Source: an uncultured Gemmatimonadales bacterium (lineage in GTDB: Bacteria; Gemmatimonadota; Gemmatimonadetes; Gemmatimonadales; GWC2-71-9). Taken from it: a stretch of 64,000 nt of DNA. The stretch's first letter is position 1; every line of letters starts with the position of its first letter. The translations under genes and the position numbers were made by a program. The notes under the pieces were generated by a model, which saw only the letters and a program-made list of their open reading frames with translations, searched no databases and was not told where the DNA came from. Positions 41,186-50,246 of the stretch are shown here, in pieces. The stretch lies in contig CAVUAK010000001.1 in NCBI GenBank assembly GCA_963739455.1, forward strand, positions 288,001 through 352,000. The letters run 5' to 3'.

Positions 41186-42265
41186 CTAGAATGTCGCCCC
41201 CACCAGCCCGCTCGGACCGATCGGGACGTTGATGCTGTCGGTCAGCGCGAGTGTGCTGCCGTCATACACGAAGTAGTACGCCGGCTGTGATTGCGCCGCC
41301 GAACCGAAGAATGCCTGGTACACATCGCCATTCGGCGCCACGGTGGCATCAGCCGCGCCGCGGCAGGCCCCGCCCGTCACCGGCGCGCAGAGCGGATTCG
41401 ATGGGTCGCGGAGGAACGCCGACGTGGTGGTGCTCCAGGCGATCGTGCCATAGCTGAAGCTCGAGATGAACGCCCGACCCTGAGAATCGATGCTGATCGT
41501 GATCGGTGCATCGCCGAACCCAGGTACCGTCGTCTCGACCACGTTGGTCGCCAGGTTGATCACCGACAGCGTCCCGTTGCTTGCGCCGTAGTCGCCGGTA
41601 TTCACGACGTACAGCTTGCCGTTCGGCGCCACCGCGGCATACTGAGGATTGGTGCCCACCGTGAAGGTCCTCACCACTGCCATCGTCGACGGATTGAGCT
41701 CCGTCACCACGCCAGGGCCCGCCGACATGTAGTTGTCGTCGAGGTTGCTGGAGACGACGAACGCCCGGCCGCCGGTTGCGACCACGCTGTTCGGGAACTG
41801 CGTGACGGTGACGAGCCCGGTCACCGCACTGGCTGACTGCGCCGGGTCGAACTTGCCGCACTGGTCGGTGGACTGGTTGCACACCACGACCGTGCTGGCA
41901 TTCACGAACGCCGAGCCGGTTGCATTTCCCGAGGGGAAGAAGAAGTCCCGCTCCACCGTCTCCGTGGCGAGGTTGACGTACGCCACGCTCCCGACGTTGC
42001 CCAGCGGCACCGCGGCAAAGTTCCCGAGCACCGAGAGTCCCACCGGCGTCACCGTCGAGCTGGCGCCCAGCGGAATGCTCACGCGCTCAGCCGGCGCCCC
42101 CGTCTGCAGCATGAACAGGGCCCGGTCGAGGTTGACGGCAAGCATGATCCCGGGGTCGGACGCCGTGCCATCGAGGAAATTGGGCGCTGGGGGCGTGTCG
42201 TCGCTGCACGCGGCAAGGGTGAACAGTGCGGCGAGTGCGAACAAGGCGGCATGGCGTCGGTTCAT
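41186..42265 (-). CDS. YncE/BtuG-like beta-propeller lipoprotein
   Basis: Lipobox LAAC; VGTNPQ..V.PNGKLYVVN..GTLSVINLAT propeller blades; last gene of the btu operon. Confidence 0.72.
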   Translation of the reverse strand: MNRRHAALFALAALFTLAACSDDTPPAPNFLDGTASDPGIMLAVNLDRALFMLQTGAPAERVSIPLGASSTVTPVGLSVLGNFAAVPLGNVGSVAYVNLATETVERDFFFPSGNATGSAFVNASTVVVCNQSTDQCGKFDPAQSASAVTGLVTVTQFPNSVVATGGRAFVVSSNLDDNYMSAGPGVVTELNPSTMAVVRTFTVGTNPQYAAVAPNGKLYVVNTGDYGASNGTLSVINLATNVVETTVPGFGDAPITISIDSQGRAFISSFSYGTIAWSTTTSAFLRDPSNPLCAPVTGGACRGAADATVAPNGDVYQAFFGSAAQSQPAYYFVYDGSTLALTDSINVPIGPSGLVGATF

Positions 42266-42270
42266 TCTGG

Positions 42271-44424
42271 TCACGATCCGTAGCGGAGGGAGATGTCGAA
42301 CCGGAGCACACGCCCCGGCAGGGGAAAGTCGATCAGCATGCCGGTGCGGGTGCCGATCAGGTTGTCGATGGCAAAGCGTGCCCTCACCGCCATTCCGCCC
42401 ACCGGAATGACTCGCGAGACGCGAAAGTCGAGCAGGTGGACGGGAGGAAGGGAGTTGAGGTCGGTGCCCATCGCCGTGCGGCGCGATCCGGCGTAGCGCC
42501 ACGCCAGGCCGCCGTCGAACCCGAGCACGCTGGCATCTGCGCTGGCGGTGGCGCTCCAGAGTGGCCGGTAGATCACCTGCCCGGACAGGACCGGCCCGTC
42601 ATACGTGACGCTCGCGAGCGCTACTCCGCCGGCAAGTGCCACGTGGCTGCCCCGCGGTGCCATGTGCACGTTGAGCTCGCCGCCACGGCGACTCACGTCG
42701 AAATTGTTCGGGCTCCAGATGAACCTGAAGTCGGGCGACCAGAGGATCATCCCGCTGATGTCGGCCGCGAAGAGGTTGAGCCCGACCCCTGCGTTGAGCG
42801 ACGCCGGCCCCACCTCCCGCGCTTCCAGGAACACCGACCACTCGCTCTTCACCCGTTCCGGCTGCAGCAGCGGGTTGGGGCGAACCTGCACCCCTTCCTG
42901 GAAGTACATGTCGCCCAGGGTCGGCGGGTTGTACGCCTGCGCCCAGCGCAGTTCCGCGCTCCACCAGGCATGCCGCAGCAGCGCGCCCACCTGCGGCGAC
43001 GCGTACCACTGGTCCAGCACCGAACTGCCATCCACCATCAGGGCAGCGTTGGCGTCGAGTGCCCAGTCGCCGGTGATGAGCGGAGCCCGGGCGGCGACGC
43101 GCCCGCCACCGTAGTACGTCGCGCCCGGCGCACCCTGACTCAGTGCCGTGCCACTGATGCCCATGCGCTGAAAGAGCAGTCCGGCACTCAGGTCCATCCT
43201 CTTTACGACGCGCGTAACACCAGCATCCACTAGCAGCACGTCAGCGCGGCTCTGGTTGTCATACGGTGCGCTGAACGGTGGCGCGCTGTCCGTGAACGTC
43301 GCGTCCTGCCGCTGCAGCGATACGCTGGCTGCCGCTGTGGCCTGCCCCAGCTTCATCGTGCCGTCGAGCCCGGCGCCAATCCGCTGCTGCGTCTGGTGAC
43401 CGGTCAGCGACGGCTGTACTACCGTCCCCGGCATTCCCCGGTCCATGTCGAAGTACTCGCCACGCAGCCGCGCCTCGGCGCGGGCGCCGGTCAACGACAT
43501 CACGCCATTGAGGGACAGGTCGCGCGCGGCCGAGTTGAGCCGTACGCCGGTGCCGCCGCCACGCTCCGGCGGGATGTCGTACGGATAGTCGCCGGCGAAA
43601 TTGTTCCATGCCCCGCCTAGCGATGCCGCAACCCCGCCGCCGTTGCCTTGGCCCGCCGACACGCGCCCGGCGACCGCTCGACCGCCGTAGCTGCCCCCAC
43701 CCACCTCCGCCTGTGCCTCGACCCCGAGCGGTCGGCGCGTAGTCACCACAATCGCGCCGCCCAGCGCCTGCCGGCCGTAACGCGCCGACTGTGCGCCGCG
43801 GAGCACCGAGACACTTTCCACGTTGTCGAGCCGCACCAGCGAAAGGTCGGCGCTGCCGCTGACCGCCTGGTTCTGCGGCACGCCATCGACCAGTACCAGC
43901 ACCTGGTTGGCACTCGAGCCACGAATCGACGCCACCGCCGGTGAGCCGGGTCCGCCGGCCCGCGTCACCACCACGCCCGGCTGCTGCTGCAGGACCTCGC
44001 CCAGGTCGGTGGCACCGCTGCGCTCGATCGCCGCCCGGTCGATCGCGGTTACGCCGCCCGGCACCGGTGCCTCGGCGGTTGTCTCGAGTTCAGCCAGGTG
44101 TACCGGCGCCGACAGCATGCGGAAAGTGAGTGATGAGGCACTGCCATTGGCGAGCTCGATGTCGCGTGTGATCGGCGCGAAGCCGACCTTGCGCACCGTC
44201 ACCTGCGCATCACCCGGCCGCAGGGCATGGATGATGAACGTGCCATCACTTCCCGTCGCCGTGCGTGACCCATCGCTCAGCAACACTTCCGCGTCCTGGA
44301 TCGGGGTCGACGTGGAGTCATCGAACACCCGGCCGCGCAGCTCGGGCGCGTGCTGCGCCTGAAGCGGAAACGCCGCTATCACGGAGAGCAGCGCCAGGCA
44401 GGCGGTGGCGCGTGCGAGCATCAC
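42271..44424 (-). CDS. btuB: TonB-dependent cobalamin receptor
   Basis: Carboxypeptidase-regulatory-like N-domain; plug motifs SIRGSSANQVLVLVDG and SARYG..ALGG; NPLLQPE; riboswitch context. Confidence 0.82.
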   Translation of the reverse strand: MMLARATACLALLSVIAAFPLQAQHAPELRGRVFDDSTSTPIQDAEVLLSDGSRTATGSDGTFIIHALRPGDAQVTVRKVGFAPITRDIELANGSASSLTFRMLSAPVHLAELETTAEAPVPGGVTAIDRAAIERSGATDLGEVLQQQPGVVVTRAGGPGSPAVASIRGSSANQVLVLVDGVPQNQAVSGSADLSLVRLDNVESVSVLRGAQSARYGRQALGGAIVVTTRRPLGVEAQAEVGGGSYGGRAVAGRVSAGQGNGGGVAASLGGAWNNFAGDYPYDIPPERGGGTGVRLNSAARDLSLNGVMSLTGARAEARLRGEYFDMDRGMPGTVVQPSLTGHQTQQRIGAGLDGTMKLGQATAAASVSLQRQDATFTDSAPPFSAPYDNQSRADVLLVDAGVTRVVKRMDLSAGLLFQRMGISGTALSQGAPGATYYGGGRVAARAPLITGDWALDANAALMVDGSSVLDQWYASPQVGALLRHAWWSAELRWAQAYNPPTLGDMYFQEGVQVRPNPLLQPERVKSEWSVFLEAREVGPASLNAGVGLNLFAADISGMILWSPDFRFIWSPNNFDVSRRGGELNVHMAPRGSHVALAGGVALASVTYDGPVLSGQVIYRPLWSATASADASVLGFDGGLAWRYAGSRRTAMGTDLNSLPPVHLLDFRVSRVIPVGGMAVRARFAIDNLIGTRTGMLIDFPLPGRVLRFDISLRYGS

Positions 44425-45245
44425 GGGCGAGGAATAACGGGCGCGGACGTGAGACGCGGTACCACGAGCGGACGACCCGTCTCCTCACCCGGACCAGAAT
44501 GCTGTACGACGTCGATCGGCCAGCCGTACACCCGGGTGAGACGCTCGCCGGTGAGTACCACGGCCGCGTCGCCGTGCGCCACCAGCTCACCCTCCGAGAA
44601 GAGCAGTACCCGATCGGCGAGGCGCGACGCGAGCGAGAGATTGTGCGTCACCAGCACCACGGTGCGGCCGTAGGAAGCCAGGCCGCGTAGCAGCGCGAAG
44701 AGCTCGATCTCGTGCCGCACGTCGAGACCAGCGGTAGGCTCGTCGAGCACGATGGCAGATCCATGCTGCGCCAGCGCCCGCGCGATGCGCACGCGCTGCT
44801 GTTCGCCCCCACTCAAGGTGGAGAAGGGGCGGTCGGCAAATGGAAACGCGTCCACGTCCTCGAGCGCGTGGCGCACCAGGCGTCGATCCTCCTGGGACTC
44901 GGCGCGCCACGGACCCAGGTGCGGATAGCGCCCCATCGCCACCACTTCCCGCACCGTCATCGGGAACACCGATTCCTCGCCCTGTGGCACGAAGCCGATC
45001 TCCCGCGCGATCGCGCCGCGAGGCCATGACCCGAGGCTCCGCCCGCGAAACTGCACGATGCCGCTGGTGGGCGCGGCGAGGCCGATCAGCAGCCGCACGA
45101 AGGTGGACTTGCCGGCACCATTCGGGCCGAGGATCGCCGTGACACCTCCGCCCGCGAGCTGGCAGGTCACGTCACGCACTGCGTCGCGCGATGACCCCGG
45201 GTGCCGGAAGCTCACCCGCTCCACCTGCCAGGCGACGTCAGTCAT
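44421..45245 (-). CDS. btuD: Cobalamin/Fe-siderophore ABC ATPase
   Basis: GPNGAGKST, LSGGEQQRV, LDEPT. Confidence 0.85.
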   Translation of the reverse strand: MTDVAWQVERVSFRHPGSSRDAVRDVTCQLAGGGVTAILGPNGAGKSTFVRLLIGLAAPTSGIVQFRGRSLGSWPRGAIAREIGFVPQGEESVFPMTVREVVAMGRYPHLGPWRAESQEDRRLVRHALEDVDAFPFADRPFSTLSGGEQQRVRIARALAQHGSAIVLDEPTAGLDVRHEIELFALLRGLASYGRTVVLVTHNLSLASRLADRVLLFSEGELVAHGDAAVVLTGERLTRVYGWPIDVVQHSGPGEETGRPLVVPRLTSAPVIPRP

Positions 45246-46236
45246 CGCGCCGCCTCAGCAGCACCACGAACACCGGGACGCCGACCAGTGCTGTCAGGAC
45301 ACCGATCGGAAGCTCGGTCGGTGCCGCCACGGTGCGCGCGGCGGCGTCCGCCGCCACGAGGAAGATCGCACCCAGCAATGCCGCACCCGGTAGCAGTTGG
45401 CGATAGTTGCTGCCCCACATCAGGCGTACCGCATGCGGAATGATCAGGCCCACGAACCCGATGACGCCGCTCACTGCCACTGCTGCGGCCGCGAGCACCG
45501 ACGCCAGCGCAAAGCAGAGGTACTTCACGCGCTCCACGGGAACGCCGAGTGCCGCCGCAGTGGGTTCCCCCACCGCGAGCAGGTTGAGTGAGCGAGCGAA
45601 CCCGAACAGCACTACGCTCGCAACGACCAGCGGCACGGCGAGCAGCAGCACATGCTGCCAGGTCGCCCCGGCGAGACTCCCCATCATCCAGAACACCGCC
45701 GACCGGAAAGACTCTGCGTCAGCAAAGGTGAGGAAGAGAAGAACCGCGGCGTTGCAGAAGGCGCCCACCACCACACCGGCCAGCAGCAGCGTGCGACGGT
45801 CGAGTACGCGGCCTGCCACCAGCGCCACGCGGAGCACCAGCACGATTGCGACGAGCGCGCCGGCAAAGGCGAACGCAGGAATGATCCACGGGCTGAGCCG
45901 GTCGAGTCCGAACACCGTCGCCGCGACTGCACCGAGCGCGGCACCGCTGGACACGCCGAGGATGTACGGCTCAGCCAGCGTGTTCCGGAGCAGCGCCTGG
46001 TAGGTGGCGCCACTGATGGCGAGCGCTGCGCCGCAGAGCGCCGCCAGTACGACGCGCGGAATCCGGAGACCGACGACGATGGTGCGCGTGGCGCTGTCGG
46101 CGGTGCCACGGATCGCTGCGATGATGTCGTTCAGCGAGAGACCGACCGCGCCCACGCGCACCGCCAGCATCGCCGAGAGCCCGAGCAGCAGGGTCAGCAA
46201 GAGGTAGCGGCGCACGATCGTGGCGGTGGTCGTCAT
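45238..46236 (-). CDS. btuC: FecCD/BtuC-family permease
   Basis: RIPRV, QALLRNTLAEPYILGVSSGA, IGFVGLIIPH, ELPIG. Confidence 0.88.
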   Translation of the reverse strand: MTTTATIVRRYLLLTLLLGLSAMLAVRVGAVGLSLNDIIAAIRGTADSATRTIVVGLRIPRVVLAALCGAALAISGATYQALLRNTLAEPYILGVSSGAALGAVAATVFGLDRLSPWIIPAFAFAGALVAIVLVLRVALVAGRVLDRRTLLLAGVVVGAFCNAAVLLFLTFADAESFRSAVFWMMGSLAGATWQHVLLLAVPLVVASVVLFGFARSLNLLAVGEPTAAALGVPVERVKYLCFALASVLAAAAVAVSGVIGFVGLIIPHAVRLMWGSNYRQLLPGAALLGAIFLVAADAAARTVAAPTELPIGVLTALVGVPVFVVLLRRRDD

Positions 46237-47138
46237 GGAACGGGGCAGGTCTCGTCGTGCAGCAGTACCTCGAGACGCTGTGCGGCCACGGCGACGTTGG
46301 TCCCGGGCCGGTTCACCAGGTCGGCGTCCACCAGCGCGATGCAGCCGTTCTTTACCGCGCGCAGGTCGCGCCAGCCGGCGGTGGCCTTGAGCCGGTCTCC
46401 CACCTGGGCCGACATCTCGCCCACCGGCAGCACGACGATATCGGGATCGCGCTTCACGACTTCTTCCAGCGACACCGTGGGCCAGTTCGACGTGGCGTCG
46501 TTGAAGACGTTGTCCGCACCCGCAATGTCGAGCAGCTGGTCGATAAAGGTGCCGGGACCGGCGGTCATCGGCGGGTCGTTGTAGACCACATAGAACACGC
46601 GCCGGCGCGAGCGCCCGGCCGCGCGTGATTGTGTTTCCCTCAGAGATCTGCGCAAGGCACTCTGCAGACTGTCAGCTGCCGACTGCCGACTCAGCACGGT
46701 GCCCATCACCTTCACCACCCGATACGCATCCGCCGTGTCCTGCACCTCGAAGGCGAATACCGGGACACCCGCCTTCTCCAGCTGGCCGCGCAAGTCGCCG
46801 CGCTTGTCGCTGGCCCACACCACCACCAGGTCGGGCCGGAGCGCGACGATCGCCTCCGTACTCGGGCTGAGCCCGCGGCCGACGAGCGGCACCGTAGCGA
46901 TGGAGCTGTCGCGGTCGTACTCGGTTCGCCCGACAATGCGGTTGCCGGCGCCGAGCGCGATGATGGTTTCGGTGACGCTGGGAACGAGGGAGACGACGCG
47001 CTGCGCGGGACCAGCCAGCTTCACCGAGTGCCCGGCGTCATCGGTCAGCGCTATTGCGGCGCTTCCGGCAGGAACTTCCTTGCCGCCACCCTGGCAGGCG
47101 GCGAGCAGCAGCAACAGGACCCAAACAAAAACACCCAC
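46233..47138 (-). CDS. btuF: Cobalamin-binding periplasmic lipoprotein
   Basis: RVVSLVPSVTE, EAIVALRPDLV, TAGPGTFI, VSLEEV. Confidence 0.85.
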   Translation of the reverse strand: MGVFVWVLLLLLAACQGGGKEVPAGSAAIALTDDAGHSVKLAGPAQRVVSLVPSVTETIIALGAGNRIVGRTEYDRDSSIATVPLVGRGLSPSTEAIVALRPDLVVVWASDKRGDLRGQLEKAGVPVFAFEVQDTADAYRVVKVMGTVLSRQSAADSLQSALRRSLRETQSRAAGRSRRRVFYVVYNDPPMTAGPGTFIDQLLDIAGADNVFNDATSNWPTVSLEEVVKRDPDIVVLPVGEMSAQVGDRLKATAGWRDLRAVKNGCIALVDADLVNRPGTNVAVAAQRLEVLLHDETCPVP

Positions 47139-47240
47139 TCGTTCCGGCTCCTGGAACGAAGGGGTGCAAACTCGGCGCTCGTCTCCTGTGCGGAGACGTC
47201 ACCCACCCCCGCGTCCCTCCCTGGAGAGACATGATGCGGG

Positions 47241-47413
47241 CGCAGGCGGGCCAGTCTCCTGGCTCGAGGCAGCGTCGCCGGCCTTCCCAGGGAGCAGACT
47301 GTCCCCAGTGGCTTTACCTTGGCGACACCGGACCGCGGATCCTCTCGCGGGCCTCATACAGTGGCGGGGCCGCGCCGGCTTGAACCGGCTTCCTTACAGC
47401 AGCACCGCCTGCG
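47241..47413 (-). ncRNA. Cobalamin (B12) riboswitch
   Basis: Minus strand: P1 cgcaggcgg/ccgcctgcg; AAGGAAgccGGTtcAAgcCGGcgCGgcCCCGCCACTGT; GCCACTG..GGGAAGG; B12 box GAGCCAGGAGAC; upstream of btuF. Confidence 0.93.
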
Positions 47414-47473
47414 TCTATGTAAACTCGATGGTCAACGTACCGGCCGAATCGGTCGAACGCAATCCAGTGGTTA

Positions 47474-47489
47474 TGTGAAAAGATTCACA
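47474..47489. promoter_or_regulatory. CRP/FNR-family-type palindrome TGTGA-N6-TCACA
   Basis: tgtga aaagat tcaca, immediately 5' of the doxX SD. Confidence 0.55.
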
Positions 47490-47501
47490 AGGAGAATTTC
47501 A

Positions 47502-47924
47502 ATGTTCGGACCGCTGAACAGCAAGCATCTCCCCGCTGCCCAGGCCGCCCTCCGCATCTTTGCCGGCGCCGCCTTCTTCTCCCATGGCGCCCAGAAGCTT
47601 CTCGGCTGGTTCGGCGGGATGGGACCCGACGGCGGCACGGTACAGCTGATGAGCCGCTTCGGGGCCGCCGGGGTCATCGAACTGGTCTGCGGCTTCCTGA
47701 TCATGATCGGCCTCGGCACGCGGCTCGCCGCCTTCATTGCCTCCGGCGAGATGGCGGTTGCCTACTGGTGGATGCATGCCGGCGGCAGCGGGAAGATCTT
47801 CTGGTGGGAGAACCGGGGTGAGACGGTCATGCTGTTCTGCTTCATTTTCCTCGTGTACGCCGCGTGGGGGGCCGGTCCGCTCAGCGTGGATCGCTGGCTG
47901 GAGTCCAGGAGACAGCAAGCGTGA
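47502..47924 (+). CDS. DoxX family membrane protein
   Basis: LRI..G..F..HG.QKLLGWF, E..CG.LI.IGL.TR.AAF, GAGPLSVD; SD AGGAG. Confidence 0.92.
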   Translation: MFGPLNSKHLPAAQAALRIFAGAAFFSHGAQKLLGWFGGMGPDGGTVQLMSRFGAAGVIELVCGFLIMIGLGTRLAAFIASGEMAVAYWWMHAGGSGKIFWWENRGETVMLFCFIFLVYAAWGAGPLSVDRWLESRRQQA

Positions 47925-49165
47925 TTTCGCGCGTTAGCCTTGCGCTACTAACGATGAGCCTTGTTGCAGGGTGCTCGGACGGCACCGATCCGGCGGATGA
48001 TGGCGACGTAGCGTTCGTGGTGTGCGACGCCACCTGGGTGGCTGCGCAGGACGGTGATGGAGTCTGGACCCGGATCGAGCCGGCCGGATCGACCTACGAC
48101 TTCAGCTTCAGGTCCGGGCGCGGCGGGATCGCAAAGGTGCGCAACCTGCGCTGGGATGGACAGAATCATCTCGACATCTTCTACGGAACCGTCGCGGAAC
48201 TTCGTCAGGCCGCCACCTGGCCGGACGTCTCCTACTGCAGCCCGACGCTGGGCATGACGGGTACGGTCGTTGTCGATACCCTTGGCTCGACCCAGGTGCA
48301 ATTGCACCTCGGCACCAGCTACAGCTCTGTCGGGCTGTTCACGGACAGCTTCACCATCTTCGGCGACCCCGGCACGTGGGACTTCGTGGCACGCCAGGTT
48401 TCTGTCAGCGGGAATGCCGTCACCCGGATGATCGTGCGCCGGAACGTCGAGGTTGTTTCTGGTGGAACCCTCGCCACGCTGGATTTCGGGTCCTCGGAAG
48501 CATTCAGCATGGACTCGTCTACCGCGACTGTCGCCGGCCTGAACGGTGACCAAGTCCTCGCAAAGTCGACGTTCTTCGGCTCGAAGGGTGCCGCGGTTGT
48601 GCCGCTGCCCGCGAGGATTGCGCCTGATGGGGCCACACCGGCGCGGTACGAAGCCCTGCCCGCTAGCCAGTTCGCGGCCGGCGACTTTCAGCTGGTAGAG
48701 GCCGTAGGCTACGCCGTTGGACGGGGCGCAAGGCAAGCCGGTGTCTATACTCGCTCGCCGAGTCCGCGCGCACTGACACTCGGCCCCCGACTCAACGCCC
48801 CGACAGCAACCATCATCGATTCTCAGCCGAACCTGCGAATGCAGGCACAAGTTGGTTCCCAGTCACAATACGCCCGGGCGATGATGGCGCACTTCGAACA
48901 GGGACCAGGGGTCACGCCGCTCAGCCCTCGAAACGTGGAGGTCACCGCGACGGCGGCGTATTTCGGGGCCATTCCTTCCAGCTGGACGATCACCATTCCC
49001 GACCTCTCAACCGCCGCGGGATGGGACCCGACCTGGGGACTCAGCAGCAACGCGTTGGTGACGTGGTCGGTAAAGGGCGTCGGCGGCGCCATTCCGCTGC
49101 TTGATCGCTCAGTGGCGGATGGCGCTACGACCCTCAGCGCCACTTCGTTTCCGCAGTCGCCATGA
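47921..49165 (+). CDS. Hypothetical lipoprotein (paralog of 37763-38989)
   Basis: GTG overlapping the doxX stop; lipobox VAGC; shared blocks with 37763. Confidence 0.75.
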   Translation: MISRVSLALLTMSLVAGCSDGTDPADDGDVAFVVCDATWVAAQDGDGVWTRIEPAGSTYDFSFRSGRGGIAKVRNLRWDGQNHLDIFYGTVAELRQAATWPDVSYCSPTLGMTGTVVVDTLGSTQVQLHLGTSYSSVGLFTDSFTIFGDPGTWDFVARQVSVSGNAVTRMIVRRNVEVVSGGTLATLDFGSSEAFSMDSSTATVAGLNGDQVLAKSTFFGSKGAAVVPLPARIAPDGATPARYEALPASQFAAGDFQLVEAVGYAVGRGARQAGVYTRSPSPRALTLGPRLNAPTATIIDSQPNLRMQAQVGSQSQYARAMMAHFEQGPGVTPLSPRNVEVTATAAYFGAIPSSWTITIPDLSTAAGWDPTWGLSSNALVTWSVKGVGGAIPLLDRSVADGATTLSATSFPQSP

Positions 49166-49193
49166 GTGGGGTCGCCTGAACCTCTCGACGAGC

Positions 49194-50081
49194 ATGCACT
49201 TCATCGCCGCCGCAGTTCTGGTTGCGGCGGCAGCACCGGCGAACGCGCAGGACCCAAAACGCTCGCCCACCCTCGGGGAGGCACCCGAAGCTCTCAAGTG
49301 GAACGTGTCGGCTGAGCCGGTGAGGATCGCGGGGCCCCTTTATTTCGTGGGCACAGAGGGGCTGGGCGTGTTCCTGATCACGACACCCGAGGGCCACATA
49401 CTGATCAATACCGGGATGCCGGCGTCGGGGCCGATGATCGCCGCCTCCATTCAGAAACTTGGATTCAAGCCCGACGACGTCCGCCTTCTGCTGCTTGGCC
49501 ATGCCCACGTGGATCACGCGGGTGGGCATGCTTACATGCAGCAGCTTACTGGCGCAAAGGTGGCGGTGATCGCGGAAGAGAAGGAACTGCTCGAGTCGGG
49601 CGGCAAGGCAGACTTCCTGTACGGAATGTATCCGGAGTTCTGGTTCGATCCGGTCCAGGTTGACCAGGTGTTTCACGATGGCGATACCCTGAGGCTGGGC
49701 GACGTCGCGATCATTGCACGACTCACCAGTGGCCACACCAGGGGTTCGACGTCATTTGTCACCCGCATCGTCGACAACGGCACCAGTTATACAGTCGTGT
49801 TCCCCGCCAGCACCGGTATCAATCCCGGTACCCGCTTCATCGACCAGCCGTCGTATCCCGGCATTGCCGATGACTACCGTCGAACGCTCCAGGCTCTCGA
49901 GGGGCTCAACCCCGACATCTGGCTCTTCCCGCACAATGAGGCGTACGATTTCGCGGCCAAGCGCGCACGGGCCACTAGCGAGGGCGTCCAGGCCTGGGTG
50001 GATCCGACTGGGTACCGGAAGTGGCTTGCCGCACAGCGGTCGAGATTCGAGTCGGAGATCGCGACCGAGGCCGCGCGCTAG
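49194..50081 (+). CDS. Subclass B3 metallo-beta-lactamase
   Basis: PVRIAGPLYFVGT, LITTPEGHILINTG, HAHVDH, GHTRGST, PSYPGIADDY, FPH; signal peptide. Confidence 0.88.
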   Translation: MHFIAAAVLVAAAAPANAQDPKRSPTLGEAPEALKWNVSAEPVRIAGPLYFVGTEGLGVFLITTPEGHILINTGMPASGPMIAASIQKLGFKPDDVRLLLLGHAHVDHAGGHAYMQQLTGAKVAVIAEEKELLESGGKADFLYGMYPEFWFDPVQVDQVFHDGDTLRLGDVAIIARLTSGHTRGSTSFVTRIVDNGTSYTVVFPASTGINPGTRFIDQPSYPGIADDYRRTLQALEGLNPDIWLFPHNEAYDFAAKRARATSEGVQAWVDPTGYRKWLAAQRSRFESEIATEAAR

Positions 50082-50161
50082 GGAGAAAGTCGTCTATGAG
50101 CAGCGCCGGGGCAGGTCGCGCGCTGGATCTCCTCCCCTCCTCAGTCCGCTGGAACCTTGTT

Positions 50162-50233
50162 CCCACCCTACCCGCCTCATCCGCCCTACCCGCCCTACCC
50201 GCCCTACCCGCCCTACCCGCCTCACCCGCCCTA
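50162..50233. repeat. 9-bp CCCGCCCTA variant array (8 units) upstream of tig
   Basis: Seen directly; ends at TATTATCTT, 6 nt before the tig ATG. Confidence 0.9.
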
Positions 50234-50246
50234 TTATCTTCCCCCC

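Noticed and set aside
46662..46689. Heptamer insertion in btuF as a firm feature
   Set aside because: Only two perfect units, within plausible helical coding sequence; kept only as weak support.
50157..50246. PPY-repeat N-terminal extension of trigger factor
   Set aside because: It is simply the translation of the 9-bp array; ATG 50247 matches normal trigger-factor length.
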